DNA of 64,000 nt from Chiloscyllium plagiosum (GCF_004010195.1 NC_057720.1:33604944-33668943); one strand, 5' to 3'; counted from the stretch's first letter, positions 38,304 to 52,333 are shown. Notes: generated from the letters alone by a model not told the origin. Program-made: numbers and translations.

Positions 38304-38914
38304 GTAGGCTGCTCACTTCAACTTTTCATTTAAAAAAAAATTGTTGTGGGTTCATTGATTAAAATGCATTGTGGTTAAAGATTTAAAAGTGCTACAGTTT
38401 GGAATTGGTAGTCTTTCTGTGTCGTTACTATTGAGATTTCATGCCAACGATCTGTGCTTGCTGTGCAAATCGTATCTTTCTCAGGACAATCTTTAATACA
38501 TAGGCAGAGTTGATCAGATTATAGCTTTCCATTGTTTCCTTGCTTTATCAGCCTGTTAGGAAGATACATCCATCATTCCAGTTACATTGCTGGCAAGCAC
38601 GAATAATTGCACTCAATGTATTTCTACAATTCTAGCATACGTTGGTCACACTTAAAAATATAGTGGAAGATCAGTTTACCTGGTTGAGCAGAATTATTTA
38701 AAGGGTGTTTCAAAATTTACATATTCAGGCTACCACAGGAGACGTGATTACTAAATGTCAAAGACTAGAAACTAGAGTGACACTCAAATCTATTTGTACC
38801 ATAGTGAGATCTTTGTATAAAGATGTTTGCTTTTAATTTGGCACAGTTGGAATGAAGTTTACCATTTAAAAATGTTATTGCTCATGCAAAACCTTGTTTT
38901 TTGGGTCATGTGAA

Positions 38915-39560
38915 AATACAAACAGAGAATAGGAGGCAGTTCAACCTCTTGAGTTTGCTCCATCATTTATAAGATCGCTGCAGATCTGATTATACCCTCA
39001 AATCCACATTTCCCCTATCCCTGTTTACCTTTCACCATCTGTTTACTAAAACTTTATGCATTTTTGCCTTAAACGTATTCAAAGGTTGTTTCCATAAAGT
39101 TTTTCAGTAAGTCTCATAAATCTGTGAGGAACAAAATCCACCTTATCTCTGTCTCAAGTGGGTGACTTGTTATTTTTTTGACTGTGAACCATAGTTCCAG
39201 ATCCTTCCATAAGAGGAAACATCCTTTATGTACATCTCCCCAGTCAAGACCCCTCAGGATATAATATGTTTCAATCAAGTCTCCTCTTACTTATATAAAC
39301 TTCAGGATATAAACTTAGCCTGTTCAATCTTTCCTTGTAAATCAACCTGCCTTTATATTAGTCTGTCAAACCTTTTCTGAACTTCTTCCAGTGCATGTAC
39401 AAACTTCCTAAATATGGTGACCAGTACTCTATACAGTATACAAGATGTGGTTTCACCAGTTACGCCACAATAACATCACATGAAGCATAATATTTCTGCT
39501 TTTGTATTCAGCTCTCACTGTAATAAATGTTAACACTTATTAGTTTTGCTAATTGCTTAT
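38915..39560 (-). mobile_element. Old CR1 3' fragment
   Basis: Reverse similarity to the CR1 ORF2 C-terminus and 3' UTR. Confidence 0.7.
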
Positions 39561-39699
39561 ATTTTTTGGGAGGCTATTGGATTTTATGAATATACCACAT
39601 AGGATTTCTGGCTGGTAATCCAGAATCCCAAGTCTGTGTCATGGGATATGGGTTCTTATCCCACTATGGAAGATGGTGTAGTGAAAATGGAGAACAGGG

Positions 39700-40100
39700 T
39701 TTGATTTCTGAAGTAGTTTAATTTAATGTTGAGTCCTGAAAGCTGTAAAATGAATTGGAAACTGAAATGCATTTCCTCTAGAGTGTGTAAATCTATGTTC
39801 CGAGCACTGCAGCAGAGATAAGATTAAAATGTTAGTATGAGAGCACAATGTTGTATTGAAATGGTGAGCAATTGGTAGGTTAGAGTTATTCTTATGTATG
39901 GAGTGGAGATGTTCATTGGTCACCTAGTCTATGTTTGACCTTACCAGTATATGGTAGACTGCAGGTGAGCAGTAAGTATAGTCACTCAGTTTGAAAGGAG
40001 TGCAAGTAAAATGTTGCTTCATCTGGAAGGTGTGCTTACAGCCTTGGACAGTGAGGAAGGAGGATATAAAAAGGCAAGTGTTAAAACCTGCAGCTGATAC
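39700..40100 (-). mobile_element. Degenerate PLE GIY-YIG endonuclease fragment
   Basis: EHLHSIHKNNSNLPIAHHFNT motif (ORF 39723-39923). Confidence 0.6.
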
Positions 40101-40669
40101 GTGGGAACACTGTTGCTTACAAGCTCCTGACTTGGAAATATATCACTGTTTCCTCACTGTAACTGGGTCAAAATCCCGGAAATCCCTCCTGAGCAGCATT
40201 GTGGGAGCACATACAGCAAAGGACTGCAGCAGTTCAAGAAGGCAGGTCACTACCTCCCTCTGCGAGATAATTAATGATGGGCAATAAATGCAGGCTGCTG
40301 CTTATGAGCCCCACATCCTCTGAATGAATAAAATTGATGTTTTTTAACACCCGGCTGTCCTGTTTTTACATGCTGTTTTCATTTTGGTGGAGTCGACAAC
40401 CTACAAAGTAAGAGTAATCCTTTTCTCTGACATTCAGTAAAACCTGTGTGGTCCAGATTATCTGTTCCATTGGCACAAAACAAAGATGAAACTCTGGAAC
40501 ATGTGACTTGCACAACTCAGTTATGCCACTCTGTGTATTTTGGGGAGACTTCTTGTACTATTCTACCATTAGAATTTGACTTAGAGACTTTCCTATGTCG
40601 AGCTGAGCATTAGGTAAATCAAGCATATTCTTCTGCCTTCTTTTGTGGATAGTTTTACCTGGAACAGGT

Positions 40670-42775
40670 TAACAGGCTATTGCCAGATTCCAGTCCATGG
40701 AAACATTTGTCATAGCACTGAAAACTTCTGCTTCAGAACTAGCAGTGCCCATAGTCGAGCTATTCCAATAATGCTTCAACACTACACGGGATAATGTAGA
40801 AATTGCCCTGTCATATCCCAGATGACGAAAGCTAGGCAAATTCAACCTGACCAATTACCACTCCATGAGTCTGCTCTTGATGATCATCAGAGTGATGGAA
40901 GGTATTGGCTGTGGTGTCAAGAGGCTCGAGGCTCGACACAGTAATACTCTGTTCCTAGACCCTCGGTTTGGAGTACAAAGAAAGATGGTGTGGTTCTTGG
41001 AAGTTGATTGCCTCAATTTCAGGTAGCACTGCAGCAGTTGCTCAGGTTAGCTGTTTTGTCGATGATCTTTCCTCCATCGTAAGGTCAGGAGTGACAGTGT
41101 GCACTGATATTTGCACAATGTTCAGTGCAATTCACATCTCCTCAGATCCATTAAGCAATGAGTAACAATTTGCAACAAAGCCTGGACAGCAACCAGGAAC
41201 ATAAACAGAAATTGCTGGAAGAACACGACAGGTCTGGCAGCATCTGTGGAGAGAAAGCAGAGTTAAAGTTTTGGGACCCTTCAGAATGCAACCAGGTTTG
41301 GGCTGATAACTGGCATGTATCATTTGTGCTATACAGTGCCAGGTAATGGCTATCTCCAACCAGAGAGAGGATAGTCATCTCTCCATCACATTGTACAGCA
41401 TTCTCATCACAGACCTCGTCCGTATGTGTGTTGGGGACTGCATGCTAAAGAGTTTGTTCCCCAACCGGAAACTATAGATGAACCAGAAGATCCACTCCCC
41501 ATGAAAACCATGTCTGAGGCTTTCACTTTGGGTGACCATGGCCTATACGGGAAATTGAGATGTGATCTTCACAAAGCCATCAGGGACATCAAGAGACAAT
41601 ACCAGACTAAACTAGAATCCCAGACTACCCAAACAAAGACATGTTGACAGTGGCAAGGCTTACACGATAATGGGCTACAAAGTGAATCACTGACAACAAT
41701 GCATCCCTACCTGATGAGCTGAATGCATTCTGTCTATTTTGAACAGAAGGCCAGTGAAATGATATCACCTGCCCTTGGGTGCACCTGTACCCACAGGCCT
41801 CTCTGCAGATGTTAGCTCGGCCTTCTTGAGAGTGAGCCCATGGAAAGCCACTGGCCCACATGGTGTCCTGGCCGTGTACCCAGATCCTGTGCAGACCAGC
41901 TGGCAGAAGTATTTGCAGACATCTTTAACCTCTCCTGCTTCAGGAAGACCGCTATCATCCCAGTGCCAAAGAATAATCAGGCAAGGTGCCTTAATGACGA
42001 CCTCCCAGTGGCTCTGACATCCATCAGTGTGAAGTGCTTTGAGAGGTTAGTAATGACACACATCAACTTCATCCTCCCAGATTGCCTTGATCCGCTACAA
42101 TTTGCTAATCATCACAATAGGTCCGTGGCAGAAGCTATCTCTCTGGCCCTATATTCATCCCTGGAACATCTGAATGAGAAGGTCACCCACGTCATATTGC
42201 TATTTAATCACTTTAGCAGGCCCTTCAACATCAGCATTCACCTCCATCTCTGAGACCGAGGAGTCTACTCCCCCCTCTACAATTGGATCCTTAACTTCCT
42301 GACCCTCAGACTGCAATCAGTAAAAATAGGTGACAACACCTCTTCCACAATAATCCTCAACATCAGTGCCCGCTATTATCAGAGTTATGAATGGACCTCA
42401 TATATATGAGTTGTTCTTTCTCTGAATCTTCTCTGTAGCTGTAACACTATATTCTGCCTTCTGCTCTATTGCCCTGACGTAATTGTGTAAGGTATGATTT
42501 GTCTGGTTAGCACACAAAACAATACTTTTCACTGTATCTCAGTACATGTGACAATAATAAGTCAAGTCAAAATCAAAGGCACACATCACCCTCAATTGAA
42601 ATGACATTACTGTTCCTTCACTGTCACTAAATCAAAATCCTGGAAATTGGTTCCAAACAGGTTCTGTCTGCACCACGTGTGGATTCTACTGCAATTCTAA
42701 GATTTGGCTCACCACCACTTTCTCAAGGGGAATAAAGGATCGGCAGCAAATGCTGGCCTAGTCCATATTCTGTGA
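40670..42775 (+). mobile_element. Old LINE with nested PLE terminus (41198-41287) and Rex/Babar-like LINE (about 41410-42576)
   Basis: Same family as 20165-23700. Nested RT motifs CADQLAEVFADIFNLS and KCFERLV. gcaaccagg duplicated around the PLE piece. Confidence 0.7.
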
Positions 42776-43011
42776 CAGGATAACAAAAGCTATGTTTTTC
42801 TTTTTTAATAAACCAATTTTGACCTTGTGGTTGGAATTCTATTCTCGCCTGAATTAAAGGTTTTAATTAAATAAAATATAATGGCGAGCTCTTGAAAATT
42901 CACTCCTATTTGCTGTTTTCTGCTTGGCAAAGGGTGCTGAAGAGAGGAAAGGAGAATTGCAGCCACTAGAGGTGATGTCGGCTCAAAGCTGTATTCTACA
43001 CCATGCTCCAG

Positions 43012-43623
43012 AAATGGGGATGCCAGTGTTGGACTGGGCTGGACAAAATCAGAAGTCACAAGGCACCAGGTTATAGTCCAACAGGTTCATTTAAAATCTC
43101 AAGCTTTCAGAGCACTGCTCCTTCATCAGGTGAAGTGGAGGAAAGTGCACAGATATAGAATATATAGGGAAAGAGATAATGGCAAGGTAATTCCACATGA
43201 TTAAGAATGTCAACAGATAAATACAAGTTGTGAGTAGAGTGTTGACAGGAGGAATAACAAGTAAAAGGATGACTTATGGACCGATGAATTAAAGCAGAGA
43301 GATAATAGTAAATAATAAAGTAAAAATGGTGCTAGACACAAACCAGTTGGCTGAAATAAAATGAATAGGTATCAGACTCGACTTTTGATAGACTCTCATC
43401 ATGCGACTTTCCAGAGACTTGTTATTCAGCCTGTTGACACTCTACTCACACTCATGGTATTTATCTGTTGACGTTCTTAATCACCTAGAATTATCTTGCC
43501 ATTATCTCTCCACCTATATATTCTGTGCCTGTACACCTTTCCTTCACCTGACAAAGAAGCTGTGCTCTGAAAGCTTGTGATTTTAAATAAACCCGTTGGA
43601 CTATAACCTGTGTCTTGTGACTT
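43012..43623. mobile_element. PLE-type terminus present as about 210-bp inverted repeats
   Basis: 43053-43262 is the reverse complement of 43417-43623; each arm carries a hammerhead-like motif. Confidence 0.75.
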
Positions 43624-45989
43624 AGCTCCAGAAGCGAGTAAAAGGACATTTCCATGCGAAAAGCTAAACGTTACTGGAGAGCAAGAATAGAACACTATTG
43701 AAACACTTCAGCTGGGCAACAAAGGATTGTTTGTAAGTGATAAATGTCCTTGTGTAAGTCACAGGACAGTGGCTACGCATATCATTCCATTCCCAGAAGT
43801 CTGTGGATGTTGCTCTTGCCTTCTCTGATGTGGTGAGGTAGTTAAAATTATTATTAGATTGAATCATTATGTGCTAAGTTGTTGAATTGGCACTGGTAGC
43901 TCTAGTCATCTCTTTTTATTTATCCACCGCATCTCTCCTCAGGATTCTCCTTTTCTGTAAGATTCTCAAATCCATCTAGCGACTCAGACTCTCCAAAACC
44001 CGAAACCTCAGCATGCATGATTTGGGAAGTTCCGTGCTCTGCAACTGCCCTCTCTAATACTGAACAACATTAGCTGCCTGCTAAACAACGTTTGATGTAG
44101 TGCCCTCCTCAGTTTTAATCTTGCAGTAACTTACTATTTTCTTTCTAATTCAGATGTATTTGCTGTGGTTAGAGCTCAAACACACTATTCATGTTAAGTT
44201 GACCTGGAAGAGTCAACAGGCTGAGTGCGAGTGTCATTGAGTGAGTGGAAGTCCAGTCTGCCACACTTAGTGACAGCTATGATTAAGCAGAATATCCAGT
44301 CTGCCTGAGACGTGATTTATTTATCTTGACAGCGTATTTATTTTTAGAACTTGACTGGCTGTATTAATATTTATAGTTGGCAGCTGCTTTTAAATTCAGC
44401 TTTCCCATTGAAATGTAATTTGCATGGAGCCTTTCCACAATATTGTTCCAGCCATGTGATAACTCAATAACACTTAAGGCACTGTTGAGATTCAGCTTTC
44501 CATAGCAGAAGTGAGCAGCTTTGTTTCTGCAGTAAAGTTTAATGTGGAACAGTGATCTAATGGCAGGGTGAATTGAAATTGATGAGCGAGTTGACTTCCA
44601 ACTAGGATAATCCTGGTTGCTAAGCTAATTATGCCGTAGCAAATAGGTTCTAGTGAATGATATGGTGATGTGATTTGTCTGCTCAACTTTTACGATTTAA
44701 AATCACAAGCTTTTGGAGCACCACTACCTCATCAGGTCAGCTGCCTGGAGACAGTGAAAAGATTTCAAGGAAACAAGTGGCAAATGAGTTTAGGCTTTAG
44801 GTCATTTAGCTGTAAAGAAAGACAAATGAGCTTGTATTTGCTCATTGGAAAAAAGATTAAGCTAGCGGTGGTGGTGTGTGAGCAACTGTTTTAAATTTTG
44901 ATGATAATCTGGCGATGAATGCAGACAGGCATGTTGAGCAAGAACATAAACCATAAATTGGGATACAGCCATTTGACCCACTGAGCCAGTATCATCCAAA
45001 AAATCACTGCCATGGACTTTTCAATTTATTTAATCACCTCATTGACATCGATAAATGCAGGTGCATTTTCCATTAAGATAAATTTTCTTGACTGCTTAAA
45101 AAAGTTGAGATGAAGATCACTTTAATGTTACAATCTACATTATTCAGCTCCAACAGGTAGTATTTCGCAGGTAACAACATCTCCATGGTTTGAGCAAATG
45201 TTTTCTGCACATACATGTGACTTTCCAGCAGCCTACAACAAGTTGTACCAGCTACTTACAGGTTGCCCCTTTTTGAAATACTGGGCTTGTGCAGCGACAT
45301 CAAACAACGGGAAGGTGCCACACAAAACAGTGTAAAGGTTAGAAAGGCTGAATTGTGCACAATAATTTCGAGGGGCAATGGTCCCAATAGCACATCTACC
45401 ATAAAATGCAGTCTCAACCATTCAACCAACTTCTGCTCCCTCAGGTGCGTTTCTACCAAACTACAAATCATATGATATCACCCCCAGGACCTCTGATAGT
45501 TGATATTATTCATGTTGTGCATGATTCCTTCACCTTAGATTTTGTCCACACACTTGCAATTCTGTTACCATTGTTTCATTTCTAAGAAAAAACTCTGAAC
45601 CCTCTGTCCTTGCAAACTGTAGTCCCACCTTCAACCTTTCTCTCCTGTCCAAAGTTCTTGAAAGTGCTGCCCCTCACAAAGCCAGGTCCATCTCTCTGTG
45701 TGAATCCCTCTGATCAGGTTTGTACTGTTGTCACAGCTGTTCCGAAAGTTACAACAGGCATCCCACGTGATTGTGACCATGGCAAACTATGTCTCCCAGA
45801 GTCCTCATCCTTTTCTGAAGCCTTCACCATAATCGCTAACACTGTTTGGCTGCAGTGCTGTTCCTCTGTGGTCTGACTGGCTGGCTGGTTTGGGGTGCAT
45901 GGTTGCCCAGTTCCATTCTCATCTATCCATGGTGCCAAGGGGTCTGAGTAGTCTGGCAGTCATTTTAGAGATGTCTTTGATGCTGATTT

Positions 45990-46662
45990 CTCAGCAACAA
46001 ACCCAAACAAGCAGACAAAACACGTCTAGAAACCCTAGCCACTCTCCCCTACATCAAAGACATCTCGGAAATGACTGCCAGACTACTCAGACCCTTGGCG
46101 CCATGGTAGCCCACAAACCTACCAACACACTAAAATAGCAGCTAATAAACTTGAAAGACCCTATACAGACAACAAGCCAAATTAATGTCATTTACAAAAT
46201 ACCTTGCAAGAACTGTAACAAATACAACACTGGACAAACAGGCAGAAAACTAGCCACCAGGATACATGAACATCAACTAGCCACAAAAAGACATGACCTA
46301 CTCTCACTAGTATCCTTACGTACAGATGAGGAAGGACATCACTTCGACTGGGACAACATATCCATCCTAGGGCAAGCCAAACAGAGACACAAACGAGAAC
46401 TCCTAGAAGCATGGCATTCCAACCGAAACTCTATCAACAAATACATTGACTTGGATCTCATTTAACACCACCTGAGAAAAAGAATGGGAAATGACATCAC
46501 CACAGGAAATGACGTCGCCAACCCAAGGAAACCCAAACACATAGAGAGAAAGCAGACTGTACCACCAGTGCTTTGTCCTGAGGCTCACTGAAGATATTAT
46601 CTAGTATGGTGATGAAACATCTGAAAAATGAACCTTCCAGCTCAGCGAGCAAACCTACATTC
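45990..46662 (+). mobile_element. Penelope-like element 3' fragment: linker, GIY-YIG endonuclease remnant, terminus with hammerhead motif
   Basis: LPYIKDISE...NVIYKIPCKNCNKYNTGQTGRKLATRIHEH...HHFDW...RELLEAWH...SIN; in-frame stop near 46136. Confidence 0.88.
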
Positions 46663-47281
46663 ATAGGTAAACTTCTATTCAACAAAAATATTAAGGGATA
46701 TGGGCCAAAGGCAGGAATACAGAGTTAGGCCACAGATCAACCATGATCTCATTGAATAGTGGGTCAGGCTTGAGGGGCTGATGGCCTATTCCTGTTCCCA
46801 TGTTCCTATGTTTGCATTGTTGAGGAATGCATGAAATCTGGGTTTGATGTAATCTGTAGGGTGTTTAACCACAGTTTGTCTGTAAACTCATACTAGCTTC
46901 ATGGATTCCTGAATGTTAAGTGCATAGGTTTTCTGTATATTCTAGATTATTTTGCTTTTCTAATCTTGGATAGTAAAGTTTTTTTTTAACACAAGCTTTA
47001 GAATCTTGTGGCTTTATTCTCTTAAAAAGTATCCATGATTTCAAACTTCATCTATTTTAAACAAAATGTTAATTGTTCTGAACCAGAATGTAATGTACAT
47101 TTGGCAGTCTTGTCTCGGATCATGAACACTCTTCCGCCCATTTACTGACTCACACTAAGTCCCATTCCGACATCACCCATTTGCTCGCTGACCTGCATTG
47201 GCTCCCAGTATGGCAATGAGGCAACTTTAAAATTCCCCCCCTTGTTTCAAAATTTCTCTGTAGCCTTTCCTCTGTGAATCA

Positions 47282-47634
47282 GCGGCACGGTGGGCGGCAT
47301 GGTGGCACAGTGGTTAGCACTGCTGCCTCACAGCGCCAGAGACCCGGGTTCAATTCCCGCCTCAGGCGACTGACTGTGTGGAGTTTGCACATTCTCCCCA
47401 TGTCTGCGTGGGTTTCCTCCGGGTGCTCCGGTTTCCTCCCACAGTCCAAAGATGTGCAGGTTAGGTGAATTGGCCATGCTAAATTGCCCGTAGTGTTAGG
47501 TTAGGGGTAAATGTAGGGGTATGGGTGGTTTGCGCTTTGGCTGGTCGGTGTGGACTTGTTGGGCCGAAGGGCCTGTTTCCACACTGTAAAGTAATCTAAT
47601 CTGTAAAGTAATCTAATCTAATCTAATCTAATCT
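47282..47634 (+). mobile_element. Young HE1-type SINE, inside an old L2-like fragment
   Basis: Most CpGs intact; A/B boxes; (aatct)n tail. Confidence 0.92.
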
Positions 47635-48904
47635 CCCTCTAGCCCTGCAACTCACTGAGATCTGTGTCCATTCAATTCTTGCTTTTTGAGCATTTTGTTT
47701 TAAAATTACTTCATGATTGGCAGCAGTGCCATCAAATGTCTTGGCTCTGAAATTTCCTCCTGAAACTCACTGTCTCTCTTTACCCCAGTCAAATTATGAA
47801 CTATAATCTGATTGGAGATTCTAAAAGGAAGGATTATGTATTTTTCATTTTATTTGATTTTGAAAAACCTATACTCTTGCATTTTAAAATTTGAATGTTT
47901 TTCCATTATTTACTGTGATGTGATGTATGGACATGATAATGTCTTTCCTTGAAAGGATTCTGTGAAAAATAATCAGTTGTATTGTCACATCCTCAGTTGT
48001 CATGAATACAATAGTGAGATACATAAACAGAGAATGAGAAAGTCTCCATTCAGACATGATTACTTTCTGCTAGACTTCAGGAGATGATAGTTGTCAGTTC
48101 TAAATCCAATGAGGTGCATGGAAAGGATGAGTAACTAAATCATCATGGGGGAATGAGACTGCTTCGTCAGTGATTATAAATATATGTTAGATTTTTATTT
48201 TCTCGTATGCCATCTTATTATTAGATCAGTATCCTGTACAATTTAGTAATTTCATAATGAATCAGTTTTTGAGCACATTATTAATCTTTTCTTCCTTAAT
48301 GATGTGTGGAACTTGAAGCTTTCTCCTCACTGGGAATGAGTTTCCAGGCACTGTACAGACTTCTCTAAATAGGTCAACTGTAACCTGTACTTTCAGTAGT
48401 TACAGGGCCTCTGTGTTATAATGGGAATGAAGCAAGACTGGGGTCCTCCCCAGTTCTAGTTCCTCAATTATTCCACTATAATTAACAATGTACCAAATCC
48501 TGCCAAAGAGCAGGCCCTAACACTAGGAGCACCTCTCTGACTGGAGTATCTTGGAGCAGACATTGGTGTGAGTTAATTTTCAAACCGAGTAGGAGCTTCA
48601 GTCGAGGGTCGAAGGGCCTGTACTGCACTGTAATGTTCAGTCATTGGTTAGGAATGCTACAAACCAGGTTAAGGCCATCAGCTATCCTTGCAGTTCTGCA
48701 TCTGTTTATAGACTGCTTCCATTGCAAATCCCCAGGATAGAGGCCATTGAGGCCTGGGACAGGCATTGCTCTGGTGTGCAGCATCAGGTGGACCCCTGGC
48801 TCAAGGATGGACAATCTATTAATAAGACGGCATACGAGAAAATAATTCAGGTTGCTGTGTAGATTTCCAAGGTAATGGCACACCCAAAACACAATGAGAG
48901 GGAG

Positions 48905-50225
48905 ATCTGTCTGACTAATTTATTAGAGCTTTTGGAAGTCTCAACCAGAGTGGATAGAGGGGGACCAGTAGATGTGTTGTATTTGGATTTCCAGAAGTCC
49001 TTAAAACAAGATACCTCACAAAAGGTGAAGTCATAATGAAAGAACCCATGGGTATTGGAGATGTATTATATATTGCATAGATAGAGAATTGCCTCATGGG
49101 CAGGAAACAGTGAATGGTGATAAGAAGTTCCTTTTTCAGCTGGCAACCTGTGACCAGTGAAGGTTGACAGGGATCAATGCTGGTAAATGACTTGGAGAGA
49201 GGAAGTGAATGGACTGTAGCCAATTTTGCAGACAATACAAAAGTAGATGGAAAGGCAGGTTGCGAGAAGGATACAAAGATTTTCGTAGATTACGTAAGTG
49301 GGCAAAAAATTGACAAACTGAGTATAATGTGGGAAAATGTGAAATTGGTCACTTTGGAAAGAAAACAAAAGAACCAAATATTATTTAAATGGAAAAAAAA
49401 CTGAAGCAAGCTACAACAGAAAGCAACTTGAGGTTACTTGTACATGAAACACACAAAGCTAGCACAGAGAAACGGCAGGTAATCAAGACGGCAAGTGAAA
49501 TGTTGGCCCTTACTTCAGTAGGATTGGCATATAAGTGAAGGGAAGTCTTAGAAGTCTATGGTTCTGTCGAAGGATTACTTGACCCGAAACAATAACCCTG
49601 ATTTCTGTCCACAGATGCCGCTGGACTTGCTAAGTTTTGTCAGCAACTCCTGTTTTTTTAAATCTCACTGCAACCTTACAAGCTGCTGGTGAGACCACAC
49701 CCAGAGTACTGTAAGAAGTTTTGGTGCCCTTATTTAAGGAAATATCATTTCATCGGAGGCAATTCAGAGAACGTTCACAAGGATGATCCTTAATATGGAG
49801 GGATTGTCTTATGAGCAAAGGGTAAACAGATTGGGGGCCTACTCACTGTAGCTTAGAGGAATGAGAGGTGAGCTCATGGAAACACATAGAATATAGAGTG
49901 AGCAGGAAAAGGATGTGCCCCCTCTCCCCGACCCCTACATGGGAGAGTCTAGGACCAGAGGATACAGTCTTGACAAAGAGGCAGCAATTTAAGACTGAGA
50001 TGAGGACTTTTTTCTCTTAGAAATTCTCTCTCCAGAGAGCTGTGGGAGCAGAGTCCTTGTATATTTAAGGTTGAAATGGATAGTTTGGAGAATCAAGAGT
50101 TATGGAGCAAATGCGGGAAAGTGGATATGAGGAATGTCGGAATAGCCACGATTCTGGTGAATTGCAGATCAAGCTGAAGGGGCCAAATTGCCTACTTCTG
50201 TTCCTATTTCTAGTGGTCTTATGGT
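48905..50225 (+). mobile_element. Old CR1 fragment with nested PLE terminus at about 49560-49660
   Basis: VANFADNTKV and other degenerate RT and C-terminal motifs. Confidence 0.8.
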
Positions 50226-50493
50226 TTTTTACACCGAAAGGCAGGTGAAAAGACAAGTTAAATATTTCTCATGGCATGCCTGGGTGCAAAGTGCACTCTT
50301 CCTTTTCCACACCTAGCCCCTCTGCAGGTCATCGCTGACCTAAGTAAGCCCTGTCAATCCAAGCTCGCAATGCTGACTATTCCATCCCCTGATTTAAATT
50401 TGCTGTGACATCCACATCTCTAGCCTCGTCATGTGGTTTTCTGTCTCTGCTGTACCTTCCCTGCATACCTATAAAGTAGGAATATGTTGTGTA

Positions 50494-50804
50494 CATAGCA
50501 TTCCTACAATGCAGATAGAGGCCATTCAGCCCATCAAGTCTGTACTAACCGCTTTAAAGAACTTCCTACCCCCATAACTCCACAATCACCAGTGCTAAAC
50601 CACCTAGCCTGCAAAACACTGGATACAACGGCGCAATAATCAGTCAACCTAACTTGCACCTCTTTGGGCTGTGCGAAGCACCTGGGAAAAAAACCCACAC
50701 AAACATGTGGAGAACAAGGAAACGCCACATAGACAGTCACCTCAGGCTGGAATCGAACCTGGGTTCCTTGCGCTGTGAGGCAGCAGTGCAAACCACTGTG
50801 CCAC
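50494..50804 (-). mobile_element. HE1-type SINE (diverged)
   Basis: Reverse-strand head and core. Confidence 0.75.
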
Positions 50805-51071
50805 AAATAAGAGGATGTTAATTTCTTATATGTTCATTTATTTTTCCTTTTTTCTGTTTAATTAATGCTCTAAAGATGTTGAGCATCTCAATTGCCTTGT
50901 GCCCACTTATTTTCTCAGTTTTCCAAAATTGGCTATGACTCTCTCCTCCTGTGGTACATATGAAGATCCTTGATTTTTTTTTCCACAGTCTGGTATCTAG
51001 CCAATCTAATACCTAACATCTCTGATTATGGCGAGATGGTTACATTGTGGTCATGTCAATATATGATACAA

Positions 51072-51185
51072 GCACTGAGGATGTCACCTAGACAGGGGAC
51101 GAAACGTTTGCAACAAAAACTTCCAGCTCGGCGAACAGAACCACAGCAACGAGCACCCGAGCTACAAATCTTCTCACAAACTTTG
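51072..51185 (+). mobile_element. 114-bp PLE terminus with intact hammerhead motif and 14-bp target-site duplication
   Basis: aatatatgatacaa at 51058-51071 and 51186-51199; related to the terminus at 46585-46662. Confidence 0.82.
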
Positions 51186-52333
51186 AATATATGATACAAT
51201 ATAATGCTCTGGGGTGATGGGTTCAAGTTCCACCAATGCACCTGGTCGAATTCAAATAATAAAATTTTGAATATAAAGTTGGTCTCTAATAGTAGTCATC
51301 CATTATCATTTAAAACAAACTATCTGGTTAGCTTTAAATATCCTTTAGGGAAGGTCATCTGCCATTTTTACCTGGTCTGACCTACAGATGATTCCAGACT
51401 AGATAATGTGGCTGACTCTTAGCTATTCTCTGAATTGGGTTAGGTAGGAAGCCACTCGGTTCAAGGGCAATTAGGCCTATGTGGCAAATGATAGCCTTGT
51501 TGGTGATGCCCACATCGTATGAAAGAATTGAAAAAATAATGTAGGGCTCTAGTACTCGGATTTTCGAAACTGATTTATAAAATATACCTACTATGGAATT
51601 AGAAATCGTGGATTTCTTTGAAATTAGCATTGTTGTCATAAAATAATGATAATCTACTGAAAATCACTTGCGAGAGACATCTGATTGTAGCTAAGTGGCT
51701 GTTTGCTGTCCCAGCCAAAATATTAAATCTCTGTGAAGCTCGGGGGAAGGATTGCAACTGAAATGAGAATTGTAAAACAATATTTGATGATCAAGTAAAT
51801 TACAACATTTTATGTGAAAATGCTTTAATCATCTTAATTATTTGGTAACGTTGTAGTACAGTTTGTCAAACACCATGTGGATGATCTCACTAGTAAAGTA
51901 TTAAAAACTTGTCAAGCACTTCAATTTTAATATAGCTGGGGGATTGAAAGAACATTCAATGCCAGTTGATCTTGTAACTACTGCTCAGACCCTGCCAATC
52001 AGCTCAGCAGCGTCCGTGAAGTAGCTTGAGTTCACCTCTGTTAGTTCTGAAGTAGCCTCTGATATTTGTCACCATGCCTGTGAAAGTTTGCTTCATATAG
52101 CTGGTCCACCATTTTGTTGGTATTCCTTCAGTTTCTTTTTCCATCTACTTCTGTGTTTGGGGCCAATTCTAGTATTTCTGTTCCTCAAAACAAAAGGGCC
52201 AAACTATTCAGTTTCAATGTCCCGTCTTGTCCAAAGTATATTTATCTCAGTTTTATTTCTTCACTGTACAATGTCAGTATACCTCTAAAAGACACATTTA
52301 TGATATTGTCACAGTTATAGGTTATAGCATGTA

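Noticed and set aside
47282..47360. tRNA genes at SINE heads
   Set aside because: They continue into the SINE core and tail and lack a complete cloverleaf.
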